Position numbers and translations under genes: made by a program
In this document: positions 19,300 through 28,734 of the stretch, piece by piece
Layout: each line of letters starts with the position of its first letter
Numbering within the stretch: position 1 is the first letter of the stretch
Notes under the pieces: model-generated
Told to the model about the DNA's origin: nothing
The model's database searches: none
Seen by the model: the letters and a program-made list of their open reading frames with translations, nothing else
Origin: an uncultured Elusimicrobiales bacterium
GTDB taxonomy: Bacteria; Elusimicrobiota; Elusimicrobia; Elusimicrobiales; Elusimicrobiaceae
Assembly: GCA_944326765.1 (NCBI GenBank)
Contig: CALVFE010000002.1
Location: forward strand, 4,058 to 68,057
Length of the DNA stretch: 64,000 nucleotides
Direction: 5' to 3'

Positions 19300-21073
19300 T
19301 TTTAAGCCTCCTAAACCGCTCAATATGCACGGCCAAAAGCTGTAAATCGGCCGGCGTAACGCCTGGAATGCGCCCGGCCTGCCCCAAAGTCTGCGGCTTT
19401 ACGGAAGCCAGTTTTTGGGCGCTTTCAAACAATAATCCGCGCACTGCAGACGGGTCAAACCCTTCGGGAATTTTAATGCTGTCCATTTCCGCCAGTTTTT
19501 CGGCGTCTTTTTTATTTCGCTCGTAATAACCCGCGTATTTGTGGTAGATGTCCGCGTGGGTGCGGGCTTTTTCTGCCGTCCACGGAAAAAGTTCCGTTTC
19601 ATCTTCGTCGGCCGACAAAGCCGGTTTTTCAATGAGTTTTTGGCAAAGCGCCTGATACTTTTCAAAAGGAGCTTTGTATTTTTCGTCTAACATACCCAAT
19701 TTAAAAGCGTAAGGCATAAGCCGCAGGTCTGCATTATCATTTCGCAAGAGAATGCGATATTCCGCGCGGGACGTAAACATCCGGTATGGCTCATTGACGC
19801 CTTTATTGATTAAATCGTCAATCAAAACTCCAATATACGCTTCGTCGCGGCGCAGGACAAACGGTTCTTTGCCTTGCACTTTTAAAGCGGCGTTAATGCC
19901 GGCCATTAACCCTTGTCCGCCGGCTTCTTCATAGCCGGTGGTGCCGTTAATCTGGCCAGCCATAAAAAGCCCCGGAATCCGTTTGCTTTCCAACGAGGGA
20001 AATAAATCGCGCGGATCGGAAAAATCGTATTCAATGGCGTAGCCCGGGCGCGTAATGGAAGCGTTTTCCATACCGGGAACGGATTTAATTAAAGCGCGCT
20101 GTACGTCTTCGGGCATACTGGTGGAAAAACCCTGAATATAATATTCCTCGGTATTAAATCCTTCCGGTTCTAAAAAAAGCGGGTGGCTGGTTACTTCCGG
20201 AAATTTTTTAATTTTATCTTCTACCGACGGACAATAACGCGGCCCTAATCCGTGGATATGGCCGCTGTACATAGCCGAACGCTGAAAGTTTTCGCGCAGA
20301 ATTTTATCCGTTTCCAACGTAGTGCGCGTGATATAGCAGCTTAAAAAAGTGCGTTTGGACTGTTCTTTTGCGTTCGTAAAATGGGAAATGGGCTGAAGCG
20401 GATTGTCAGACGGCTGCAAGCGGAATTTGGAATAATCCAGTCCGCGCGCGTTAATGCGCATCGGCGTACCGGTTTTAAAGCGCAGGATATTCAGTTTTAA
20501 ATCGTCTCGCAAATTTTTGGCTAGCCCGTCCGAAGGCATATCGTTGTAACGTCCGCCGCGGAACATTTCCGTACCGATGTGAATCGTTCCCGCCAAAAAA
20601 GTACCCGTCGTTAAAATGACGGTTTTTGCGTGATAAAACGTATTGCGCAGGGTCAGTACGCCGTCTACGGCACGATCCGAAACGGAGATTTTGACGGCTT
20701 CGTCCTGCATAATATCCAAGTTGGGTTGGAGTTCCAAAAAATGTTTGAAGGTAAACTGATAAACTTTTTTATCGCATTGCACGCGCGGGGAATGAACCGC
20801 CGGCCCTTTGCCGGTATTAAGCATATGGTAATGCAGGGCGGCGTGATCGGTTACGCGCCCCATAGCTCCGCCCAGCGCGTCAATTTCGCGTACGATCTGC
20901 CCTTTGGCGATTCCGCCGATGGAAGGATTGCACGACATCTGGGCAATGGTATCCAGGCTTTGGGTTAATAGTAAAGTTTTTGCCCCCAATTTGGCAGCCG
21001 CCAGCGCGGCTTCGCAGCCGGCGTGCCCGCCGCCAATCACGATCACATCATAGTTGTCTTCACAAACAAACAT
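19280..21073 (-). CDS. mnmG: tRNA uridine modification enzyme MnmG (GidA)
   Basis: GGGHAGCEAA, MSCNPSIGG, GPRYCPSVEDK, AGQINGTTGYEEA, YRMFTSRAEYR. Confidence 0.98.
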   Translation of the reverse strand: MFVCEDNYDVIVIGGGHAGCEAALAAAKLGAKTLLLTQSLDTIAQMSCNPSIGGIAKGQIVREIDALGGAMGRVTDHAALHYHMLNTGKGPAVHSPRVQCDKKVYQFTFKHFLELQPNLDIMQDEAVKISVSDRAVDGVLTLRNTFYHAKTVILTTGTFLAGTIHIGTEMFRGGRYNDMPSDGLAKNLRDDLKLNILRFKTGTPMRINARGLDYSKFRLQPSDNPLQPISHFTNAKEQSKRTFLSCYITRTTLETDKILRENFQRSAMYSGHIHGLGPRYCPSVEDKIKKFPEVTSHPLFLEPEGFNTEEYYIQGFSTSMPEDVQRALIKSVPGMENASITRPGYAIEYDFSDPRDLFPSLESKRIPGLFMAGQINGTTGYEEAGGQGLMAGINAALKVQGKEPFVLRRDEAYIGVLIDDLINKGVNEPYRMFTSRAEYRILLRNDNADLRLMPYAFKLGMLDEKYKAPFEKYQALCQKLIEKPALSADEDETELFPWTAEKARTHADIYHKYAGYYERNKKDAEKLAEMDSIKIPEGFDPSAVRGLLFESAQKLASVKPQTLGQAGRIPGVTPADLQLLAVHIERFRRLKNAKAAR

Positions 21074-22423
21074 TTATTTCCCCATACAAAACTTGGAGAA
21101 GATAATCCCCAGCACGTCATCGGGCGTTACTTCTCCGATTAAATCTTGCAAATGCGTTAACGCACGCCGCAAATGTTCGGCGTAAATTTCGCCGCCGGCG
21201 TTTGATTCCAAACGAATAAGAACACTTTCCAACTCGGTTTGCGCGCGCAGCAGAGCCTCGTAATGGCGCAGATTGGAAATCATCAGTCCGTCAGCCGTCT
21301 GCGCTTCGGTTACGTCGGCCGTGATTAATTTTTTTAAACGTTCCAATCCTTCTCCCGTCTTACACGACACCGCAACAGACGGGTATTTTTCTGCTTCTTC
21401 CAACAGCGGACACTGGGCGGAGAGATCCGTTTTATTCCAAACGATTATCGTACGCTTGTTTTGACGGCAAATATCCTGCCACAGCTCCTTTTCTTCCGGC
21501 GTTAAAGAACGGAACGCGTCTAATACAAATAAAATTAAATCCGCCGCTTCCATGGCGCGGTGGCTGCGGCGCATTCCTTCTTTTTCGGCCGGGTCTAAGG
21601 CGTGTTCGCGGATTCCGGCGGTATCGGTTAAAATGATTTTTTGTCCGTTGATTTCCAACGTTTCTTCCACGGTGTCGCGCGTGGTGCCGCTTCGGTCGGA
21701 CACAATCGCCCGGTCAAACCCGACCAGCGCATTTAACAGACTAGATTTTCCACTATTGGGGGCGCCGACAATGGCCGTTTTTAAACCGTCTTTAATATAT
21801 TTTCCAACGGAAAAAGTGTCCGCCAACGCTTTAATATGCCCCAGCACGCCGTTAATTTCATCCTCTACAAATTTATCCGAAAGCGGGGTCATTTCCTCGT
21901 CCACATCGTCCAGCCGCACTTCAATCTGTGCCAGCAATTCAGAAAGCCGTTTCTTGATTTCTTCCAACCGCGCCGATAGTTTTCCGTCTAAAGAATCCAT
22001 CGCCAGTTTATGCGCCGCTTTATTGCCAGAAGCAATCAAGTCGCACAACCCCTGTGCTTCCACGAGATCCATTTTCCCGTTCAAAAAAGCCCGCTGGGAA
22101 AATTCCCCCCGTTTGGCTGCTACCGCCCCGTGTTCGCACAGCAACTCCAACAAACGGCCTTTGATATAAGGCGAAGCATGAACCGCAAATTCAGCCACGT
22201 CCTCCCCGGTAAACGAATGCGGGGCCTGAAAATAAGTGATCAGGGCTTTATCCAACACTTCTTTCCCGTCGTAAATGGAGCAGAGGGTTTGTTTGCGCGG
22301 TTCCAATGCGGCAGGCCGGCGGATTAATTCGCTTACAATGCGGCGGACTTCCGGGCCGGACAGCCGCACTAAAGCGACCGCCCCGCCTGCTCCCGTAGCC
22401 AAAGCGCAGATGGTATGTTGCAT
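21074..22423 (-). CDS. mnmE: tRNA modification GTPase MnmE
   Basis: SFTGEDVAE, GAPNSGKSSLLN, GTTRD, DTAG, NKTD, IFSKFCMGK. Confidence 0.97.
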   Translation of the reverse strand: MQHTICALATGAGGAVALVRLSGPEVRRIVSELIRRPAALEPRKQTLCSIYDGKEVLDKALITYFQAPHSFTGEDVAEFAVHASPYIKGRLLELLCEHGAVAAKRGEFSQRAFLNGKMDLVEAQGLCDLIASGNKAAHKLAMDSLDGKLSARLEEIKKRLSELLAQIEVRLDDVDEEMTPLSDKFVEDEINGVLGHIKALADTFSVGKYIKDGLKTAIVGAPNSGKSSLLNALVGFDRAIVSDRSGTTRDTVEETLEINGQKIILTDTAGIREHALDPAEKEGMRRSHRAMEAADLILFVLDAFRSLTPEEKELWQDICRQNKRTIIVWNKTDLSAQCPLLEEAEKYPSVAVSCKTGEGLERLKKLITADVTEAQTADGLMISNLRHYEALLRAQTELESVLIRLESNAGGEIYAEHLRRALTHLQDLIGEVTPDDVLGIIFSKFCMGK

Positions 22424-22622
22424 AGTTATATTTTATCACTTTTTAGGGGTGTTTTTGGGAGCTTTTTTCTCCTCGTGAAAAGCGGTTTTTTCCCCTTTGC
22501 GCAAGGAAGCGCAAAAAAAGCTATACTTTTTCTAGGGAAAATAATACGCTTTTTACCGCTTTTTCCGTTTCGTACGGTTTTAGCGTTTAAAATGAATTTT
22601 TTGAAATTTTAGGAGAGTATAT

Positions 22623-23177
22623 ATGTCTAAAAAAGTGTTAGTATTGACGGGAAGCCCCCGCCAGTTGGGCAACAGCGCGCTGTTGGCGGACGCTTTTATC
22701 CAAGGCGTAAAGGCCGCCGGACATACGGCGCAGGTGTTTGAAACAGCTTTTCACCCCATTTCGCCTTGTAAAGCTTGCGACAAATGCTGGACAAAGGGTA
22801 AACCCTGCATCTTTAACGATGATTTTGATAAATTGGCTCCCATGCTGGAAGAAGCCGACGTGCTGGTATTTTGTACCCCCTTGTATTGGTTTAATATGAC
22901 CGCCCAGCTAAAAGCGGCTGTAGATAAGCTCTATGCCTATATGAAGCCCCATGCTCCTCGTAAATTGAACATAAAAGAGTGCGTTCTTTTGGCAACGGCG
23001 GAAGGCAACGAAGCCGACGGAGATTACGAGGGTTTAAAAGCCACTTATAAAGCCATAGCCGATTATTTAAAATGGACAAACCGCGGTATGATGTTAGTCG
23101 GAAATATCGGAAATGCCGGAGAAATTATCAAAACCGGCAAATTAAAAGAAGCTTTAGATTTGGGAAAAAACTTGTAA
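22623..23177 (+). CDS. Flavodoxin-like iron-sulfur flavoprotein / NADPH-dependent FMN reductase family
   Basis: GSPR..GNS, CxxCxxC...C cluster motif, TPLYW. Confidence 0.85.
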   Translation: MSKKVLVLTGSPRQLGNSALLADAFIQGVKAAGHTAQVFETAFHPISPCKACDKCWTKGKPCIFNDDFDKLAPMLEEADVLVFCTPLYWFNMTAQLKAAVDKLYAYMKPHAPRKLNIKECVLLATAEGNEADGDYEGLKATYKAIADYLKWTNRGMMLVGNIGNAGEIIKTGKLKEALDLGKNL

Positions 23178-23242
23178 GACGGCTGCCCATTCACGCGATT
23201 TTTTCAAGAGGAAATAAACTTTCTCCTTTGTGTAAACAACCT

Positions 23243-23278
23243 AAAAACCCCGGTTCCTTATGTGGAGCCGGGGTTTTT
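23243..23278. terminator. Bidirectional terminator
   Basis: AAAAACCCCGGTTCC...GGAGCCGGGGTTTTT between convergent genes. Confidence 0.8.
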
Positions 23279-23296
23279 AAAACGAATCCATTTATT

Positions 23297-24616
23297 TTAT
23301 TTGTTTTCCGATTTTGTTTCCGCCGGGGTTTCGAACAACGGGCCGCAATCGCAGGCCGATTTCCGCGCCGCAGTGTCGTCCGGTCGGAGCGTTTGACTCG
23401 CTTGCGCTTGCGAAGCCGTTTCTTCGGCTTGTACTGCCGGTTCCGTTTCCGCCGCAGAAACCACGGTTACCGTTTCCTGCACCGTGACGGTTTCCTGCAC
23501 CAAAACGGTTTCAGGGGATTTTTGCTCAACCGCCGGTTGTTCTTGCGCCGGAGCGGTTGTTTCGGCCGGGGTGTCTCCCCCACAGCAGGAGCAGGATTCG
23601 TGATATTCGTTTAACGCCTTTTCCTGTTCCGCTTCGGCTACGGCCTGTTGGGCAGGCGTTTCTTCGGGAATGTCTTCGCCGATGACGCCGGGCACAAAGT
23701 CCGCCGGGGCGGTGTTGGCGTGGAGCGCTTCCAGGGCTTTTTCGGTGGGGCGCAGGGTTACTTTGCGCCATTTTCCTTCCCCTTCCGAGGCGGTGCTGAC
23801 AAGCTCGTTGCCTTCCACGGCGCGGTGGATATAGCGGCGCAGCTGCGCGCTCATCGGGCGGAAGCGGAACACGCTGTTGCCGCGTTTAATCATATCAATC
23901 CCTTTGGCGATTTCGGCGTCAATTTTGTCTTCCGCTTTTCTCCAGTAATTCTGGGTATCGGTAATGACGGAAATCGGTTTGTCAAAGTGACGGCTGAGCG
24001 CCAGCGTGCATAAGTATTGGATTGCTTCCAGCGTTTTGCCTTCTTTGCCAATGACGATGGCCGGATGGTCGCAGTCAAACGTCAGCAAAATGCGCTGTTG
24101 TTTTTCGTCCCACCAGACATTTAGATTTTCCACTTTAACGCCCATATGCGTAAGCACTTTTTCCAAGTATTCTTTGGCTTCCTGCATCGGGGCTTTTAAA
24201 TTTTCCGGGATAACGGCATTTTGGATGGCCTCATTCGGCAGGAGTTGCGGTTCATTGGCCTTGGGCTGTTTTTCGCGTACTTCCCGCACTTCTATATCCA
24301 AGCGGTCGTGCTTGCGGGAATTTCTGCGTCCGCCGCGCTGAGAATCGCGGTCTTTGCGGCCGCGCCCGCCGCGGGAAGATTTGGAAGAACGTCTTTTCGG
24401 CACGTCCATATAGATCTGGGAATCCAGATCGGCCGTACTCCAGCGCTTTTGACGCAGTTCCACTACGGCCGGGCGGGATCCAATCCCTAAAAACCCTTTT
24501 TTAGGGGCTTCCAGTACCGTTACTTCCACTTGATCACGTCTTAAACCTAATTCTTTTAGTCCTTTGGCAATCGCTTCGGACACTTCCTTTGCTTGTACTT
24601 TAATTTTACTCGGCAT
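23297..24616 (-). CDS. jag: Jag/EloR (KhpB) RNA-binding protein with long acidic C-terminal tail
   Basis: Jag_N (KKGFLGIG), KH (IGKEGKTLEAIQYL), R3H (RRYIH...SEGEG..R.V). Confidence 0.9.
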   Translation of the reverse strand: MPSKIKVQAKEVSEAIAKGLKELGLRRDQVEVTVLEAPKKGFLGIGSRPAVVELRQKRWSTADLDSQIYMDVPKRRSSKSSRGGRGRKDRDSQRGGRRNSRKHDRLDIEVREVREKQPKANEPQLLPNEAIQNAVIPENLKAPMQEAKEYLEKVLTHMGVKVENLNVWWDEKQQRILLTFDCDHPAIVIGKEGKTLEAIQYLCTLALSRHFDKPISVITDTQNYWRKAEDKIDAEIAKGIDMIKRGNSVFRFRPMSAQLRRYIHRAVEGNELVSTASEGEGKWRKVTLRPTEKALEALHANTAPADFVPGVIGEDIPEETPAQQAVAEAEQEKALNEYHESCSCCGGDTPAETTAPAQEQPAVEQKSPETVLVQETVTVQETVTVVSAAETEPAVQAEETASQAQASQTLRPDDTAARKSACDCGPLFETPAETKSENK

Positions 24617-24630
24617 AAAAATTTGCTCCT

Positions 24631-26235
24631 TTAATTCGCCTTGGCTATTTTTTTATTGACAAACGTTTGAATTCCGAACGTGAGCAGGCTGTTGGTCAGC
24701 CAGTACAGCACCAAACCCGACGGGAAATTCATAAACAACAGGGTAAAAATAAGCGGCATATACTTAAACATCGCGGCCTGCGCCGGATCCGTTCCGGGCG
24801 GGATATTTCCTTTTTGCTGGAAGTACATCACCGCACCCATCAAAATCGGCAGCAGGTAATACGGATCTTTTGACGATAAATCCGTAATCCAAAACACAAA
24901 TTTCGCCCCGTGCAAAGACCACGAGGTTCGCAGCGCATTGTACAACGCCAGGAAAATAGGCAGCTGAATAAGCATCGGCAGACAGCCCGCCAGCGGATTG
25001 ACCTTATACTTGCGGTACAAGGCCAGCGTTTCGCGGTTGAGTGCTTCCTGGTTGCCTTTGTATTTTTCCTGGATACGTTTCATTTCAGGCTGAATTTTCC
25101 GCATTTGGGCGGCGGATTTGAGCTGCATCAAGGTAAACTTGAACAAAATCGCCTGCAGCAAAACAGTAATCATAATAATAGCCACACCGTAATTTCCCGT
25201 CCAGCCGTAAAAGGTTTCCAACACATTGCGGGCGATTTTGCCCAACGCGCCAAAGAAACCAAAGGCAATGGAACGGTCCAGATGATACGGCAATTTTAAG
25301 AACTGTTTATAGTCTTTCGGTCCGAAATAAAAATCCGATCTATATACTTCTTTCGATTTGGCTTCCACCGTTACGCCCGGTACGCCAATGGAAAACTGCG
25401 GGCCTTTTAACTCCCCTTCGCCGGCCAGCCCCCACAACCGTTTCTGGGTGCCAATTTTTTCCTGAGAAGCGGCTAAATTACCGGGTTTCCAATCCTGCGG
25501 AATAAGAACGGAAAGAAAATACCGGTTTTCTACCCCCGCCCATATCCACGGCAGTTCCGGTTGTTTATCATCTTTTGCAAACACTTCCAGCGTAGGTTTT
25601 TCCTTGCCTTTTTCCTGTACCAAATAAACGGCTTTGGATTCGCGTTCGTTATCATTCATTTCGCTTTTAACCGTTGCTAGTCCGGGGCCGAAATTCCAGT
25701 TCCAGGACGCTACGGCAAGCGGCTGGGAGGTCTTGTTTTCGAAGGTAACCACTACATTATTGATTCCGTTTTCATTGAAGCGATATTCTTTATATACGCT
25801 GAACCCGGCTACAATGTCCCCCACGAAAGTGATGGAATTTTTCGTGCGGGCAAACTCCGTAAAATCCACCTGCGGCAGCGTGGCAAAATAACCCACTCCT
25901 TGGTAAGGGGTTAAATCCGCATCTTCAATTACGTCTTTAAACAGATAGGTTTTGATCCCAGCTCCTTTGGAGGAGAAGGTAACATCTGCCTGGGGTAGAT
26001 TCAAGGTAAATAATTCTTCGGGTTTCGGGTTGGAAACGGTTTCTTTGCTGACTGGGGAAGCATTGACCAAAACGGTTTGAGCACCGGTTTGGCGTTGGGT
26101 TTCTTGTTCGGCTTTTTTCAACTGTGCCTCAGCGGCTTCCTGCGCCGCACGCGCACGGGGAAGGGCGACAAACTGATTGTAGCCCGTAATTATCAGCAAG
26201 AACAACATTGCCGTAATTAGAAACTGTCTGTTCAT
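24631..26235 (-). CDS. yidC: Membrane protein insertase YidC
   Basis: GNYGVAII, NPLAGCLPMLIQLPIF, DPYYLLP, PSGLVLYW; long periplasmic domain. Confidence 0.97.
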   Translation of the reverse strand: MNRQFLITAMLFLLIITGYNQFVALPRARAAQEAAEAQLKKAEQETQRQTGAQTVLVNASPVSKETVSNPKPEELFTLNLPQADVTFSSKGAGIKTYLFKDVIEDADLTPYQGVGYFATLPQVDFTEFARTKNSITFVGDIVAGFSVYKEYRFNENGINNVVVTFENKTSQPLAVASWNWNFGPGLATVKSEMNDNERESKAVYLVQEKGKEKPTLEVFAKDDKQPELPWIWAGVENRYFLSVLIPQDWKPGNLAASQEKIGTQKRLWGLAGEGELKGPQFSIGVPGVTVEAKSKEVYRSDFYFGPKDYKQFLKLPYHLDRSIAFGFFGALGKIARNVLETFYGWTGNYGVAIIMITVLLQAILFKFTLMQLKSAAQMRKIQPEMKRIQEKYKGNQEALNRETLALYRKYKVNPLAGCLPMLIQLPIFLALYNALRTSWSLHGAKFVFWITDLSSKDPYYLLPILMGAVMYFQQKGNIPPGTDPAQAAMFKYMPLIFTLLFMNFPSGLVLYWLTNSLLTFGIQTFVNKKIAKAN

Positions 26236-26240
26236 AAAAC

Positions 26241-26289
26241 TCCTCTTATCTATCGCCGCGTGCGGTTTGTGCCGCGGCGTTCAAGAGGA
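26241..26289 (-). promoter_or_regulatory. Hairpin sequestering the yidC Shine-Dalgarno
   Basis: Outer stem TCCTCTT(26241-47)/AAGAGGA(26283-89) and inner stem CGCCGCG(26254-60)/CGCGGCG(26273-79). Confidence 0.65.
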
Positions 26290-26317
26290 AGCTTTTGTAT
26301 CAAAACAGAAAAACCAT

Positions 26318-26554
26318 TTAAGGCACCGGATCATACCCGCCCGGATGCAAGGGGTGGCATTTCAACACCCGTATCAGCGCGAGCCAGCCCCCCTTAAACG
26401 CGCCGTGTTTGGTAATTGCCTGCTTGGCGTATTGGCTGCATGTCGGCTCGAACCGGCATACGCCTCTGGGCCCCAAAAAAGGGCGCAGCAACAACATAAA
26501 TACGCTGAGAAGCAAAAGCAATAAATCTTTACATAAAAGCGAAACTCGATTCAT
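26318..26554 (-). CDS. yidD: Membrane insertion efficiency factor YidD
   Basis: [28 protein letters not shown]. Confidence 0.96.
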   Translation of the reverse strand: MNRVSLLCKDLLLLLLSVFMLLLRPFLGPRGVCRFEPTCSQYAKQAITKHGAFKGGWLALIRVLKCHPLHPGGYDPVP

Positions 26555-26575
26555 AATCCCTTCAATAATATACGG

Positions 26576-26953
26576 TTACGGATTCTTTTCTGAAGAGCGG
26601 TTTAATAAAGCGGCCTCGCCGCATAGTGTCTTGAGCGCTTCCTGCGCCGCGTGCACATTTTTTATTTTTTCGCTTTCTCGGGGACTTAATATTAGGTCAA
26701 TCCCCAGTTTGATATTTTTTCTGTTTAGTCTAAAAGCTTCTCTTAAAAGTCTTTTAGTGCGGTTGCGCACAACCGCCGTGCCCAACTTTCTGGACACTAC
26801 TACCGCAAAACGGGCCGGCCGGTTTGGTTCCGAGCCGGACCGCCACCACAATATAAGTCCATTATATTGCAGTCTGACGCCGCCATGAATGACCTTCTGA
26901 AAATCGTTTTTTAGGTGCAGGCGGCTGCTGCGCGGCAGACCGTAAGACGGCAT
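26576..26953 (-). CDS. rnpA: RNase P protein component
   Basis: VSRKLGTAVVRNRTKRLLREAFR (RNR motif). Confidence 0.96.
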   Translation of the reverse strand: MPSYGLPRSSRLHLKNDFQKVIHGGVRLQYNGLILWWRSGSEPNRPARFAVVVSRKLGTAVVRNRTKRLLREAFRLNRKNIKLGIDLILSPRESEKIKNVHAAQEALKTLCGEAALLNRSSEKNP

Positions 26954-26958
26954 ATTAC

Positions 26959-27096
26959 TTAAGCTCTAATTAATTCGTGGCGGCCTTTGGCTCTTCGAGC
27001 GCTAAGGACTTTTCTCCCGCCGGCGGTAGCCATTCTGGCTCTGAATCCGATATGTTTGGCACGTCTTCTTTTGTTAGGTCTGTATGTCGGTAACAT
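26959..27096 (-). CDS. rpmH: 50S ribosomal protein L34 (not in ORF track)
   Basis: Hand translation [45 protein letters not shown]; directly upstream of rnpA. Confidence 0.97.
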   Translation of the reverse strand: MLPTYRPNKRRRAKHIGFRARMATAGGRKVLSARRAKGRHELIRA

Positions 27097-27246
27097 GTTT
27101 CTCTTATACGTTAATTCTGGCCTGCAAAACAGACTGGAAAAAACGTATCTCCTGTAATTAATTTAAAATGGTTTCAGTTTGAAACGTACTGATATTATAT
27201 CTTTTCTTTAGCGGCTTTGCCAAGGGCTTTACGCAATCCGCCTTCC

Positions 27247-27280
27247 AAAAAAATCCCGCCCTCTTATGCGAAGGCGGGAA
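27247..27280 (-). terminator. Intrinsic terminator of the 27297-28610 gene
   Basis: TCCCGCC...GGCGGGA stem with an A run on the left (U tail on the minus strand). Confidence 0.7.
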
Positions 27281-27296
27281 CCGAAAAAAGAACGAT

Positions 27297-28610
27297 TTAT
27301 TTGCCGGGGAAGGAAATGCCAAGCATTTCCAACATACGGCGTTCTACAAGTTGTCCGCTGTTTTTGCCGGGGAAATAGATAATTATCTGCCGGGCAGGAT
27401 CCAGAAATTCCCCGCTTCTCCCTTCCGGTTTATAGAAAATTCCAGGAGGAATTTCGTATGCCAGAAAATCTCCTAAAAACGAGTTGCTGTAAGCTTTGCC
27501 CTGTTCCGGCGCAGCCGAATATAAAGCTTTAGCCAATTCGCTTTGGCTGTTATAAACGCGATACCCCGCGGAAAGATCATTTAATTCCACCTTGACCGCT
27601 TCCGTATTTTTGTAGGAAACAGCTTCTATTTTTTCCTGCAGCACCGGGGGAACACGATCTGCCGGGTGCACGTCAAAAGATCCATCTGGATAACGAACCA
27701 CCACGCTTTTGTAATGCAAGTCGGGCAAACCTTCCATTTTGACCGGGCGGTTCAATACGGCTGCTTCTACAGATTCCCCGTTGACGGGGTGCCTGTCCAA
27801 TTTATAAATCTGTGCCAGGGAAGATGTTCCCGTAAACAAAGACGCGAGCGTTTTTATTTCCGGGATACTCGGTTTAGAATCTTCTATGGGCAAAAAGGAA
27901 ACCTCTAAGAAATCGGAAGGATTATTCTTTTTATATACCTTTTCATAGGCCTCCACCAAGGATTGCGGCGCTTTTTCCGGAGGGATAAAAGAGGATTTCC
28001 CGTTTTCGTGACGGATCAAATAGCTTCCTTCCGGGCAGACTTGCTGCAAATCGGCAAAATAACGCAGGCGGTCATTCTTAAAGACGGTTATTTTCTCCCC
28101 CGTCTTTTGGCTTACCAATACGACCGGATTTTTAGTAACCCCCAGCAAATGGCCAATAGTAGAATTGATTTTATGAGTTTTCTTAAAATGTTTTGCTTCC
28201 AACTTTACCAACCGAACCGTCTCTCCGGAAGGAATGGTCAGGGCGGCCGTGGCCGAAAGAGGTTTTCTGGCTAAATCTTCCATTTTTTGAGAAACGGCTT
28301 GTTGAACGCCGCTTTGAACAGCTGCATTTTCCGCAGCAAAAGGGAGTTCCAGCTGTACCGGATCACCGGCAAATTGAAATTGCAGCTGGCGTGAAGCAGC
28401 AGCCGTCTGGGCAAGATTCCGGGCGACCGTCGCTTGGCCGGCATTTTTAACCGCTACCGACGCCGCTTCCTCTCCGGCGGAACGGGTAAGAGCTTGGGTA
28501 ACAGGCTTAATCATTTTCCCGTTCTGGGCAAACCCCGCAGAAGCAATGCCTGCCACCATAGATATTGTTACCACAAAACGAACCGTTTGATAAAACATAA
28601 AAATCTCCAA
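27297..28610 (-). CDS. Hypothetical secreted protein with degenerate internal repeats
   Basis: 437-aa ORF, signal-peptide-like N-terminus (..SAGFAQ), own terminator; no recognisable family. Confidence 0.7.
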   Translation of the reverse strand: MEIFMFYQTVRFVVTISMVAGIASAGFAQNGKMIKPVTQALTRSAGEEAASVAVKNAGQATVARNLAQTAAASRQLQFQFAGDPVQLELPFAAENAAVQSGVQQAVSQKMEDLARKPLSATAALTIPSGETVRLVKLEAKHFKKTHKINSTIGHLLGVTKNPVVLVSQKTGEKITVFKNDRLRYFADLQQVCPEGSYLIRHENGKSSFIPPEKAPQSLVEAYEKVYKKNNPSDFLEVSFLPIEDSKPSIPEIKTLASLFTGTSSLAQIYKLDRHPVNGESVEAAVLNRPVKMEGLPDLHYKSVVVRYPDGSFDVHPADRVPPVLQEKIEAVSYKNTEAVKVELNDLSAGYRVYNSQSELAKALYSAAPEQGKAYSNSFLGDFLAYEIPPGIFYKPEGRSGEFLDPARQIIIYFPGKNSGQLVERRMLEMLGISFPGK

Positions 28611-28653
28611 AAGTTGAATTTAATTATATTATTTTAAATCTTTTATCCAGAAA

Positions 28654-28673
28654 CAAGGGTCGAAAGACCTATT
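28654..28673 (-). promoter_or_regulatory. Putative transcription-factor site, copy 1
   Basis: Minus strand AATAGGTCTttcGACCCTTG; GGTC-N4-GACC dyad abutting a -35-like TTG. Confidence 0.6.
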
Positions 28674-28734
28674 GTCCGGTGGGTCTTGTGATTGGGACTG
28701 TCGAAAAAGCCATAAATTTGCTATTCTGTAAACT

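Noticed and set aside
27100-27290. oriC upstream of rpmH
   Set aside because: No DnaA boxes or dnaA gene; the interval is short and holds a terminator and promoter.
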